A stretch of 64,000 nucleotides of DNA. It comes from Promethearchaeota archaeon (GTDB taxonomy: Archaea; Asgardarchaeota; Lokiarchaeia; Sigyniarchaeales; SOKP01). A program made the position numbers and the translations under genes. Location of the stretch: contig JAHPZJ010000025.1 of the NCBI GenBank assembly GCA_019058245.1, positions 1 to 64,000 of the forward strand. Reading direction: 5' to 3'. The notes beneath the pieces are model-generated. The model saw only the letters and a program-made list of their open reading frames with translations, did no database searches and was not told where the DNA came from. This document shows positions 49,305 to 59,024 of the stretch, in pieces; the stretch's first letter is position 1; each line of letters opens with the position of its first letter.

Positions 49305-51095
49305 TTGAAAACCGATAATTTAAACGAAAAAATTATTCTTATCCAAGAATTGGTTAATTCTGGTATTAATGTAACTCCTTCAATTATGGATTTTCTTCAA
49401 AATCTAGAGGATCCTTTAAAGAAGATTAAATTTATTATTAAAAATATTAGTTTTTTGCCCGATTTTAATAGCCATCTTACTCTGGATGTTTTACAAAAAA
49501 TAACAGATGAGGAATTGCAAAACGAATTACAAAAAGTGTTCCTCAAAAAAATTGATTCAAAAATTTTACAGGATAAAGAAGAATCGGTTGAAAGTGCTAA
49601 ATTAACAGATTCGCCGAAAGTAATAAACCCTGCAAAATCAAAACCGAAAATTATTACAAATTCCACTGATATAACTCAACTTGAAAATCAATTAGAAAAT
49701 CAAGAAGATTCTTTAATCTTAAAAAAATCTCAAATGAAAACACCACTATTCCCAATAAAGACTAATTCTAAAGTAAGAACTTTTGAAGGATCAAAATCGA
49801 CTCTTAAATTTAAACCAATAGCAAAAGAGTATGATTCTAATTTTAAGATTTTAAAAGATCCTACAGGTAAACTATACACAAATGGAGATTATGAAGATTT
49901 TTATAATCTAACCCTTGACAAGTTTAAACGACTTCGGAATTTAATGAGAAAAAAACCAGAGGTTCTTTCTGCAAATAATATAAATAATATCTTAAGGTTA
50001 ACTAATAAAGTAGAAGTTTCTGTGATCGGGTTGGTTAATGAAATTCGGGAGACTAAAAATCAAAATTGTTTTCTTACAATTGAAGATTTGACGGGTTCAG
50101 TTAATGTTATAGTACGAAAGGACTCAGAGAATCAAGAAAATATACAATTGACTAATAAAATAATTAATGATCAAATGGTTTATATTGAAGGAACTTACAA
50201 TCCTAGCGAAAGGGGAAGGAGTGGAATCATTTACTGCAACTATATCTCTAAAATTGATATTCCAAAAAATTATGAACCAAATAAGGCGTTAGATCCATTA
50301 TCTATTGTTTTAATTTCAGATACTCACATTGGGAGCAAAGAATTTGAAGAAAAATTATGGAATCGATTTATTAATTTTCTAAATGGGAAAATAGGAAACC
50401 AACATCAGAGAGAAAGAGCAGGTAGAATTAAATATATAGTAATTAATGGTGATCTTGTTGATGGAATTGGTGTATATCCAACCCAAAAAAGTGATCTTAT
50501 CATATCTGATATATATGACCAATTCAAAGAAGCAGCAAAAATTATTTCAGGAATCCCTGATCACATCAAAATATTTTATAGTTCAGGAAATCATGAACCT
50601 GTAAGAAATGCAATTCCAAGACCATCAGTTCCAAAGAAATATTCCATTGATCTTTTAAATCAGGAAGTTATTTGTGTAGGGAATCCCTCCATGATTCAAA
50701 CGCACAACGTTAATACATTAGTTTTTCATGGTGATAGTATGCTCGATCTAAATATGCTAATTCCTGGTTTGGAAAACAATAAACCAGTAGAAACAATGAA
50801 AGAGTTATTAGTATGTCGGCATTTGGCTCCAATCTATGGGAAAAAAACACAAATAGCCCCTCTAGATAGAGATTGGCTCGTAATAGATAAGATCCCTGAT
50901 GTTTTTCATACAGGTCATATACATATAAATGGTATGGGATCATATAGTAATATTTTGTTAGCAAATTCAGGATGTTTCCAAAGTCAGACAGATTTTATGA
51001 ACTCTTTAGGTATTAAACCTACGCCGGGAATTTTATCAATAATTGATTTAGATACTCTAAAAGGAACACAATTAGACTTAAAAAGTAATATTTAA
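49305..51095 (+). CDS. polB: DNA polymerase D small subunit DP1
   Basis: OB fold, ISDTHIGS, GDLVDGIGVYP, GNHE, HGD, RHLAP, HTGHIH. Confidence 0.96.
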   Translation: MKTDNLNEKIILIQELVNSGINVTPSIMDFLQNLEDPLKKIKFIIKNISFLPDFNSHLTLDVLQKITDEELQNELQKVFLKKIDSKILQDKEESVESAKLTDSPKVINPAKSKPKIITNSTDITQLENQLENQEDSLILKKSQMKTPLFPIKTNSKVRTFEGSKSTLKFKPIAKEYDSNFKILKDPTGKLYTNGDYEDFYNLTLDKFKRLRNLMRKKPEVLSANNINNILRLTNKVEVSVIGLVNEIRETKNQNCFLTIEDLTGSVNVIVRKDSENQENIQLTNKIINDQMVYIEGTYNPSERGRSGIIYCNYISKIDIPKNYEPNKALDPLSIVLISDTHIGSKEFEEKLWNRFINFLNGKIGNQHQRERAGRIKYIVINGDLVDGIGVYPTQKSDLIISDIYDQFKEAAKIISGIPDHIKIFYSSGNHEPVRNAIPRPSVPKKYSIDLLNQEVICVGNPSMIQTHNVNTLVFHGDSMLDLNMLIPGLENNKPVETMKELLVCRHLAPIYGKKTQIAPLDRDWLVIDKIPDVFHTGHIHINGMGSYSNILLANSGCFQSQTDFMNSLGIKPTPGILSIIDLDTLKGTQLDLKSNI

Positions 51096-51116
51096 TTATT
51101 CATCTTAAATATTTAA

Positions 51117-51818
51117 ATGAACAATAAAGACATTATGAAGTTTTCAATTCCTCGTAATGATAATTCAGAAATGCTCCTGTATATTTGGAAAATAATTGAT
51201 CTTCCAAGCATCTCACAAAATGATTTGTTATATAAAATTTCATTTGATTTATTCCTTTATACTCCTGATGAAGCAATTGAATTCATTGAAGCATGCATCC
51301 AAAATAAACTGCTTGAAAAAGATAACGATAAATATCTTAAATTATCAAAAAATTTGAGCCAAAAGTTGCAAACATGGCAAATAAAAAGGAAAAATTCAAT
51401 TTTACAAAAAATAAGTGCCACTAAGGAAATTATTCAATTACAGGATAATATTGATAACAAAAAAACTACGAACTTCAATGTTTTAATCAATAGATTCACC
51501 GATAAAGGAACCTTGAATAGATCTGTCTCTATATCTGATGCCGCATTTGAAGAATTAGAATATGATAGTACAAAAGGCATTATTAAATCAAAAGTCAAAG
51601 GTTCAAAGGAAGAACCATACATAATAGAAATAAATACTAATAACAAAACTCTAACGCATAACTGCCACGATTTTGAGACAAGAAGAGCCGATAACAAAAA
51701 ATTTTGTAAACATATAACAAAATTGTTTTTATTATTAAAAAATAAAAATAAGAATACCGCAGAATTCTTTCTTAACAATATTGCAGAAAATATAGATAAA
51801 TGGGATTTTTCTGCTTAA
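51117..51818 (+). CDS. SWIM zinc-finger protein with winged-helix-like N-domain
   Basis: VKGSKEEPY...HNCHDF...FCKH. Confidence 0.8.
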   Translation: MNNKDIMKFSIPRNDNSEMLLYIWKIIDLPSISQNDLLYKISFDLFLYTPDEAIEFIEACIQNKLLEKDNDKYLKLSKNLSQKLQTWQIKRKNSILQKISATKEIIQLQDNIDNKKTTNFNVLINRFTDKGTLNRSVSISDAAFEELEYDSTKGIIKSKVKGSKEEPYIIEINTNNKTLTHNCHDFETRRADNKKFCKHITKLFLLLKNKNKNTAEFFLNNIAENIDKWDFSA

Positions 51819-53122
51819 ACTAACTTCTTGAATATATTATTTTTTAATTTAATCTTGTCTGATTGAATTAAAACTGGTTTATGATTCAAGATAATTTTAA
51901 TTTTATCTATTTCCAATAGGCATTTTTCAAGAAGCTCAATTTCAATATCTAATTTAATAATCTTGGTTCTTCCATAATGTCCCATAGATTTAACCTCAGC
52001 AGAGATTATTCCTGCTAACGTTAATTCATTGATATAATCACTTATTCTTCTTTTAGTTAGTTGCCTAATTCCAGGTAATAATCCTCTTATTTCTGAATAC
52101 ACATCATATATATCACCAGAAATGATAATGTGTTCAGGACTAAACTTTAATATTAAATAAAGGGATGTCAAAACCAATTGTGCCTGAAATGGCATACCTT
52201 TTATATATTCAATGATGTAATCGTTTTCTAAATCTCCTTGGGCGTTCTCTACATGCTTAGCTGTTACTTGTTTATTTTGAGCTCTTTCAGCTAATTCACC
52301 TGCCTTTCTTAACAATTGAAGTGCTTTTCGAGCATCTCCATGTTCCTTAGCAGCAAGAGCAGCGCATAATGGAATGACCTCCTCCTTTAAAACACCTTCT
52401 TGAAAAGCAATTTTAGCCCTTTCAGTTAAAATATCTCTTAATTCACTAGCATCATAGGAAGGAAATACTATATGTTCTTCTCCCAAACTTGATATTATTC
52501 TTGGATCCAAAGTCTCTCGAAATTTCAATTTATTTGAAATTCCTATTATACTGGTTTTGCAGTTATCTAAATTCTCATTTAATCTAGTCAAGTCATATAA
52601 GATTTCATTTCCCCCTTTTTTACCTACCAATATATCTATTTCATCCAAAACTAAAAAACAAATTGAATTGCCAACTTTAGAATCTAATAATCCTAGCAAT
52701 TTTTTAAATATAATATCTTTAGGCAAACCTGTAGGTGGAATCTTCTCGCTTCTCGATATTGTATTATAGATATGAGCTAAAATACGATATGGAGTTGACA
52801 CTACATTACAGTTAATATAAATCCACCATGGTTTAATTCTTGAACTTTGTTGAGCTAATTTTTGACTCACATATCTTATAGTTGCTGTTTTCCCCGTACC
52901 TGTCATTCCATAACATAGAAAACTTGGTGGAGTATCGCCTAATAAAGCACATGCTGTTTTTTCGGCAATATTCTTTATCTGAGAATCACGATGAGGTAGA
53001 TCTTCGGGAATATATGAAGATTCTAAAGCATCTCTATTATTAAAAATTCTTGGTCCTTTGAGATAGTTTTTGTAAAATTTCTCGATATTAAATTGATAAT
53101 TATTATTTTGATTCTTCAACAA
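51815..53122 (-). CDS. cdc6: Orc1/Cdc6 replication initiator
   Basis: LPHRD, GMTGTGKT, VLDEID, HGDARKAL, winged helix GHYGRT. Confidence 0.96.
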   Translation of the reverse strand: MLKNQNNNYQFNIEKFYKNYLKGPRIFNNRDALESSYIPEDLPHRDSQIKNIAEKTACALLGDTPPSFLCYGMTGTGKTATIRYVSQKLAQQSSRIKPWWIYINCNVVSTPYRILAHIYNTISRSEKIPPTGLPKDIIFKKLLGLLDSKVGNSICFLVLDEIDILVGKKGGNEILYDLTRLNENLDNCKTSIIGISNKLKFRETLDPRIISSLGEEHIVFPSYDASELRDILTERAKIAFQEGVLKEEVIPLCAALAAKEHGDARKALQLLRKAGELAERAQNKQVTAKHVENAQGDLENDYIIEYIKGMPFQAQLVLTSLYLILKFSPEHIIISGDIYDVYSEIRGLLPGIRQLTKRRISDYINELTLAGIISAEVKSMGHYGRTKIIKLDIEIELLEKCLLEIDKIKIILNHKPVLIQSDKIKLKNNIFKKLV

Positions 53123-53444
53123 TTATAGCACCATTATTTTATTAGTAGATATATTTACTCTCGAAATTTTCGAATATATACTGTATCTCAATTGCATATT
53201 TAAAATTAATTATTAATCTAAAAAATGTTAAAGCTTTAATACATAAATTAGACGAACCTTTTCAATAATTTATATTATTATTGTCGGTATTTTAAAAGAA
53301 TGTTATTTATCAAGCAATATTTATTAAATCCCTATTAATATATTGATTTTTCAATTAAAAAAAGTTTAATTTAATTAACTACTTGTTTAATTATTATTTT
53401 TTCTTAATCTATAGGAAATTATACCGTTACCAACTGAAAACAAA

Positions 53445-54197
53445 TTGACAATTATAGAAAAAAATAATAAAAGAATAGCTTTTATTTTAGCAATAACATT
53501 CGCATGTCTGATTTTGACTAGCTTTTTGGTAATAACTTTTATATTCAATTGGGCAGATTGGATTGCTCTATTAATATTTAGTCTCTTATTGATTGTTCCC
53601 GCATATATTTCAAATGCTTCAATGGTTATTACAGGCGGAGGTAAACCAATTGATGGGGGTAAAAATTTTCGAGATGGTAGGAGAATTTTAGGGGATCATA
53701 AAACTTGGAATGGATTAAAAGGACCACTGTATATCGGAATTCCAATATCTCTTTTCATTTTCATTCTTTTTATCATATTTTGGGTACCAATAAATGATTT
53801 AATAAGTGATGGTATTGCTCGAGATCAATATTCGATTTATAATAACATCGAGATTTTTCAATACTATTTTATCGGTGGACAATTTCCAATAAACTTTCTT
53901 GTTTTAATTATAAGAATCGTACTAGCATCATATGGAGCTGTAATAGGAGATTTGATTGGTTCATTTCTAAAGAGGAGATTTGATATAAAAAGTGGAGCCC
54001 CTTTTTGGGTTATAGATCAATTAGATTTCGCAATAGTAGCTTTATTATTTGTTTCAATCCCAGGATTTATCCTTCCGAATACCTTTTTACTTCCTGATAT
54101 TTTTATCGTTACTTTTTTGATTATTTTAACCCCAGCGGTTAGTGTTATAGCAAATACAGTCGCATACGTCATCGGATTAAAAGATGTACCTTGGTAA
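53445..54197 (+). CDS. carS: CDP-archaeol synthase
   Basis: PAYISN, PIDGGKNFRDGRRILGDHKTW, GDLIGSFLKRR, DQLD, KDVPW. Confidence 0.95.
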   Translation: MTIIEKNNKRIAFILAITFACLILTSFLVITFIFNWADWIALLIFSLLLIVPAYISNASMVITGGGKPIDGGKNFRDGRRILGDHKTWNGLKGPLYIGIPISLFIFILFIIFWVPINDLISDGIARDQYSIYNNIEIFQYYFIGGQFPINFLVLIIRIVLASYGAVIGDLIGSFLKRRFDIKSGAPFWVIDQLDFAIVALLFVSIPGFILPNTFLLPDIFIVTFLIILTPAVSVIANTVAYVIGLKDVPW

Positions 54198-54214
54198 AGA
54201 TGTAGAAATTGAAC

Positions 54215-54715
54215 CTATTGCTTGAACTTACATTTTATTTGCAAAGGGGTACTATTATTTTCAAATACGACATATTTTTCAAAAATATAATTTACGGCTC
54301 TAATATAATCCCCATTACGACCGATAGCAATTCCTCTTTCATTATAAAATTGAAAATAAATAGATATTTCCCTTGAATCCGTTATATCATTAACCTCAAT
54401 TTTTATATCTTTAATATTTAAATCAGGAAAAAAACTAAAAAGAAGATTAATAAGAGTATTCTCTATTCTTATAATAATTATCTTTCTTCCAGCAATTTGC
54501 CTTCTCATTGAATTTAAATGCATTTGAGAGCTAAAGTAATCGTTTTTTTTAACAAAAAAGAAGATATACTGATTAATTACCAAAATAAATTCTGGATAGA
54601 TTCCTTCTGTTTTTTGTGCGAAATATTCACGTAATTTCAATTCGAAATTTGAATATTTTTTTATAAATGATAACATTTGATATAAAATCAAATCTTCCGC
54701 TATCGTGTAGAACAT
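54215..54715 (-). CDS. Divergent archaeal NusA-like KH-domain protein
   Basis: RGIAIGRNGDYIRAV in the second KH domain; first KH domain lacks GxxG. Confidence 0.7.
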   Translation of the reverse strand: MFYTIAEDLILYQMLSFIKKYSNFELKLREYFAQKTEGIYPEFILVINQYIFFFVKKNDYFSSQMHLNSMRRQIAGRKIIIIRIENTLINLLFSFFPDLNIKDIKIEVNDITDSREISIYFQFYNERGIAIGRNGDYIRAVNYIFEKYVVFENNSTPLQIKCKFKQ

Positions 54716-54831
54716 ACTTTGATTTTTTCTATTATCAATTTAAAGTACTAAGAATTTTATATACTTACATAATTGATATAAAATATATTTTATAATATAC
54801 AAAAAAAAATCCTCATTAGGAGTATCTAAAT

Positions 54832-55269
54832 ATGAAAAAATTTGGGTATAGATTCCTTGATCACACTGCTGATGTTTCAGTCGAAAGTTGGGGTACAAGT
54901 TTAGAAGAAGCTTTTGAACAAACTGCATATAGCTTAATGGAAACAATAACTCCAAATTTAAAATTAATATCTCCTGTTAATCACAAAACCATTAAAATTG
55001 AAGCAGAGGATAAAGAAGCTCTACTTTTTGATTTTCTATCAGAATTTCTCTATATATTTGATGTAGAACAGTTAGTTTTTAATGATATAAAAGTCCACAA
55101 AATAGAAAAAGGTCAAAAAAAATTTCAATTAGTCGCAAAAATTAAAGGAGAAATGTTTGATAAAAAAAAACATGAAATAGGTTGTGAGGTAAAGGCTATC
55201 ACTTATTCTTTTATGAATATAGAAGAAAAAAAGGATCAAGTTAAAATTAATATTGTTTTTGATATCTAA
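54832..55269 (+). CDS. Archease
   Basis: FLDHTADV, LEEAF, EVKAITY, VFDI. Confidence 0.96.
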   Translation: MKKFGYRFLDHTADVSVESWGTSLEEAFEQTAYSLMETITPNLKLISPVNHKTIKIEAEDKEALLFDFLSEFLYIFDVEQLVFNDIKVHKIEKGQKKFQLVAKIKGEMFDKKKHEIGCEVKAITYSFMNIEEKKDQVKINIVFDI

Positions 55270-55336
55270 TATAATAAATGAATAAGATACGCTATTTCAA
55301 TAATTTAAATAAAATAAAAAGGTTATAAAAGTTAAT

Positions 55337-56809
55337 TTAACCTTTCACTACACCAATAGGAACAAATCTCACTACTTTTTCAACAATTCCAAGATCATGG
55401 CTAACTTGAACAACTTGATCTATATCCTTATAAGCACCAGGAGCCTCTTCAGCAATAACTTTCATCGCAGCAGCTCGAATTATGATACCTTTTTTGCTTA
55501 AATCCTCTTTAACACGTTCTCCCCAGTACTTCTTTGTTGCTTTTGATCTTGACATTACCCTTCCTGAACCATGAGCTGTCGAACCAAAAGAAAGATCCAT
55601 GGCCTTTGGTTTACCAACACATAAATAAGAAGCAGAACCCATAGTTCCTGGAATTAAAGCTGGCTGTCCTATTGATTTATAATCATTTGGCAAAGCTGGA
55701 TGTTCAGGAGGAAAAGCTCTTGTTGCACCTTTTCTATGAACATTCAATTTCATTTTCTTACCATTTACTTCATGCTCCTCTATTTTTAATATATTATGGC
55801 AAACTCCATAAATTAAATGCATATCTAAATCATCAAAATCCTTTTTAAATGTATTTTGAAAGGATTCTCTTAACCAGTGAGTAATAAGTTGACGATTTGT
55901 GAACCCAAAATTTGCAGCACAACCCATTTGTTTCAAATAATTCTGGGCTTCTGGTGTGTCAGCCGGTACACAAGCTAACTCTCTATCTGGTACCTTAATA
56001 TCATATTTCTTCATCGCTTGTTCGATATTGCGTAATGAATCAGTACACACTTGATGTCCAAGAGCTCTACTCCCTGTATGTACCATAACTGTAATTTGAT
56101 CCTTTCTATTTATACCTAAAGCTTTTGCAATAGTCTCATTGTAAATTTTATCAACTTTCTGAATTTCCAAAAAATGATTCCCACTCCCTAACGATCCTAG
56201 TTGTTTAATAGCTCGCTGTTTTGCTTTTTGGGAAACTAAACTCGCATCAGCATCTTTTAAACATCCATTCTCCTCTAAATGTGTAAGATCCTCTTCAATA
56301 GCATAGTCATTTTCTATTGCCCAATTCACACCATTGTTTAGAACATCATCTAAATCTGAAAAACTTATATTTAGCTTACCTTTTGAACCTAATCCTGAAG
56401 GGATATTGTTAAAAATACTATCCAAGAGAGTTGGCAGCACACCCTTAACATCGCTAAGGGTTAAATTCGATCGAAGCAGACGAACCCCACAATTTATATC
56501 ATATCCTACTCCACCTGGAGAAATCATCCCACTCTCTGCATCTGTCCCTGCAACACCTCCAATACAAAATCCATATCCCTGGTGAGCATCCGAAAGAGCA
56601 ATCGCATGCTTCTCTATCCCTGGTAAACACGCTACATTGCAAATTTGATCTATTGTACGATCTAATCGAATCTTTTCTAATATATATTCATTCGCATAAA
56701 TCTTCACCGGAACCCTCATCTCAAATTTCTCAATTATCCCTTTAGTCCTTGCCATCAACGTCTTTGGAGGAATCTCGTAGATATTGTCTGCTATTTTATT
56801 TACATTCAT
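55337..56809 (-). CDS. rtcB: RNA-splicing ligase RtcB
   Basis: DAHQGYGF, GYDINCGVR, GSGNHF, HRKGATR, HGSGR, YKD; no intein. Confidence 0.97.
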   Translation of the reverse strand: MNVNKIADNIYEIPPKTLMARTKGIIEKFEMRVPVKIYANEYILEKIRLDRTIDQICNVACLPGIEKHAIALSDAHQGYGFCIGGVAGTDAESGMISPGGVGYDINCGVRLLRSNLTLSDVKGVLPTLLDSIFNNIPSGLGSKGKLNISFSDLDDVLNNGVNWAIENDYAIEEDLTHLEENGCLKDADASLVSQKAKQRAIKQLGSLGSGNHFLEIQKVDKIYNETIAKALGINRKDQITVMVHTGSRALGHQVCTDSLRNIEQAMKKYDIKVPDRELACVPADTPEAQNYLKQMGCAANFGFTNRQLITHWLRESFQNTFKKDFDDLDMHLIYGVCHNILKIEEHEVNGKKMKLNVHRKGATRAFPPEHPALPNDYKSIGQPALIPGTMGSASYLCVGKPKAMDLSFGSTAHGSGRVMSRSKATKKYWGERVKEDLSKKGIIIRAAAMKVIAEEAPGAYKDIDQVVQVSHDLGIVEKVVRFVPIGVVKG

Positions 56810-56918
56810 CTTAAATTTATTAAGAAAACAGTTTTCAAAAAGATTTTCATTTAATCCTATAGGATTTAAAGAATTATGATAATAAATAAAAAAAGCAAAA
56901 AATAATGAATATAAACCT

Positions 56919-57650
56919 TTATTTAATTTCTATATAAGAAACTAAGCCTAAATTGTCTAAAGCGCCAATTATTCGCTGAATCTCTGTCTCTGGCTGTCCT
57001 GATTCCTCCGCAATCTCCGATATTGTGTGAAAACCATCTGCTAAATGCGCGATCTTGAACTCTTTCTTATCCAAAATACCTTGCGTTATCACCTGAGTTG
57101 GCAATCTTTTTAACGTCCATTCTGGCTTCTGATCTCTTACCACACGTAAATCATCCTCAGACAGTATCAAGCCCTTCTTTGATATCTGTTTCTGGGTTTT
57201 TTGAAAATCCTTCTTGAATATCTTTAAAATTGGTAACTTCAGCTGGATCTCGGCTAGTTTACCAACCTCTAAAATCTCATCAATCACCTTATCAAAATCG
57301 CGAAAAATACGAACATCTCCAGACCACGCTTCGAGCTTATCTCCAAACTCCTCGACAAATTGATCTATAATATCTGTCAGGGCTTTATGCGTAATTTTAG
57401 CATCGTCATTTTTATCAGCAGCGGCGGTTATTAGCACTCCCTCCTTAAAGACTAAAAGTAAATAAAATACTTGCATATCTATTACTTTAAGTTCTCCACT
57501 TCCTTTTGAGAACTCTACAGAAAAATCTTTAAGTGCTGTTAAAAAACCGCTTACTAAATCCTGATTAAACTCGATACTCCCATATTTACGATGGATTAAG
57601 CAGATTCCCGTATTCTGATGGATTAAGTAGACATTATGGAGCAGATTCAT
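56919..57650 (-). CDS. Longin-domain protein with C-terminal HTH (NPRL2-like architecture)
   Basis: N-terminal VYLI..TGICL...LVSGFLTAL..F longin pattern; C-terminal DGFHTISEIAEESG...L..LGLV. Confidence 0.75.
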   Translation of the reverse strand: MNLLHNVYLIHQNTGICLIHRKYGSIEFNQDLVSGFLTALKDFSVEFSKGSGELKVIDMQVFYLLLVFKEGVLITAAADKNDDAKITHKALTDIIDQFVEEFGDKLEAWSGDVRIFRDFDKVIDEILEVGKLAEIQLKLPILKIFKKDFQKTQKQISKKGLILSEDDLRVVRDQKPEWTLKRLPTQVITQGILDKKEFKIAHLADGFHTISEIAEESGQPETEIQRIIGALDNLGLVSYIEIK

Positions 57651-57856
57651 TTACCTCCTTGACTTAATTGGGAAATTGGATAAATATATTCACACATTTA
57701 AACACACGATTTACATTTTATGTATTTTAAAAATTTTATTTTAGTTATATTAAAAATATATATTCTTTATAATTTATAGTAATACTCCGTATATTTATAA
57801 TTACTTCATCTAAAGTTGTTGGAATATGGTCGTTTAACCCGCTTTTTTTTTCACTA

Positions 57857-57875
57857 TTCACCATATTATGGTGAA
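57857..57875. promoter_or_regulatory. Perfect palindrome, putative operator
   Basis: TTCACCATA-T-TATGGTGAA, upstream of the longin-HTH gene. Confidence 0.55.
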
Positions 57876-58107
57876 GAATAATAATGTTGATTGTAGTATT
57901 TTTTCACAGTTTCACTTAGTATGGCAGGGTTTTCCTTTATTTTTTGATAATTTAATATTATTAGTAAATTGACTCTAAAATATAAAAGGGATTGGAATGA
58001 TTTTGAAGTTTTTTTTGTATATTAGTATTATAATTAAATTAAATCAAATAATTGAATAGTTGAAAAGTAATTTTGTAATTATTATAAAAAAGAAAAAAAA
58101 AATAATA

Positions 58108-58857
58108 TTATCTAATTTCTGAACCACATAAAGCACAGAACTTTGCTAGTTCAGATACTTTGGCTCCACAATTTGGGCAAAAATTAATTTTTCTTTCAGG
58201 GTTTATTATTTGTTGAGGATCATGTAAATTTGCTTGCAGTTCTGAAAGTTCTGGAGTGTCAATAGTCGATAATTTGTTTAATATCGCTAGATTAAAATAT
58301 CCTTTAATTTGATAGATAAATCCGATGATTGCTGGTACAATTAAAAACCATAATGAACTTAAGAGTGTACCTTTTTTTAGTTTATCGCACCCCATAATTG
58401 CTTCTTCAGATATATTAGCTGGAAACATCTTAAAGTTATTCTCAAAAAATAATTTCAGATTTTTCCATGCTTTCATTTCAGCTGCCACGCCTACATATAT
58501 GAACACTATACCCGAAATCATAAGAATTATAGGTACAGAGAGCGAGATATAGATAGGTAATGAGGAAGAGATAAAGAAAAGTAAAGCTATGTTAACGCCT
58601 CCGATAATCAAGACAACCATACCACATATTCTTGATATAAAACCCTTGATATATTTTGAGCGAAAATTATGTAACAACGGGTTATTTAAGGCATAATTTG
58701 CTCTTTTAAGACTTTTTATTGCAACAAAAATAAGAATCATTGCAACAAAACCAGCCATTCCTGTGATAATGCTTACAATGGTTAAAATTGCCACAACTTG
58801 AATATATTTTCCAAAATCATGGAATTCTTTATTAATACCTATGTTTATATTTGACAT
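58108..58857 (-). CDS. Multi-pass membrane protein with C-terminal zinc ribbon (DUF973-like)
   Basis: Several transmembrane helices; FCPNCGAK...FCALCG. Confidence 0.75.
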   Translation of the reverse strand: MSNINIGINKEFHDFGKYIQVVAILTIVSIITGMAGFVAMILIFVAIKSLKRANYALNNPLLHNFRSKYIKGFISRICGMVVLIIGGVNIALLFFISSSLPIYISLSVPIILMISGIVFIYVGVAAEMKAWKNLKLFFENNFKMFPANISEEAIMGCDKLKKGTLLSSLWFLIVPAIIGFIYQIKGYFNLAILNKLSTIDTPELSELQANLHDPQQIINPERKINFCPNCGAKVSELAKFCALCGSEIR

Positions 58858-59024
58858 TTTTTTTTCTAATTTGATATTTTGGTAATTGATATAGTCTTCT
58901 CAAAAATAATTGATTAAAGAACGGGAGTCCATTAATTGTGAATTGAAATAGAATCCCAATACAAGCTTTAAGAAGGGTATAGAATGTACTAAATGAGGTT
59001 TTTTCTTTTCTCCTCTATTGATAA

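Noticed and set aside
53123-53444. AT-rich region upstream of cdc6 as oriC
   Set aside because: No recognisable ORB repeats; only a short TCGAAA-T-TTTCGA palindrome
45545-56809. Inteins in DP2, Cdc6 or RtcB
   Set aside because: Protein lengths are normal, with no intein or homing-endonuclease motifs
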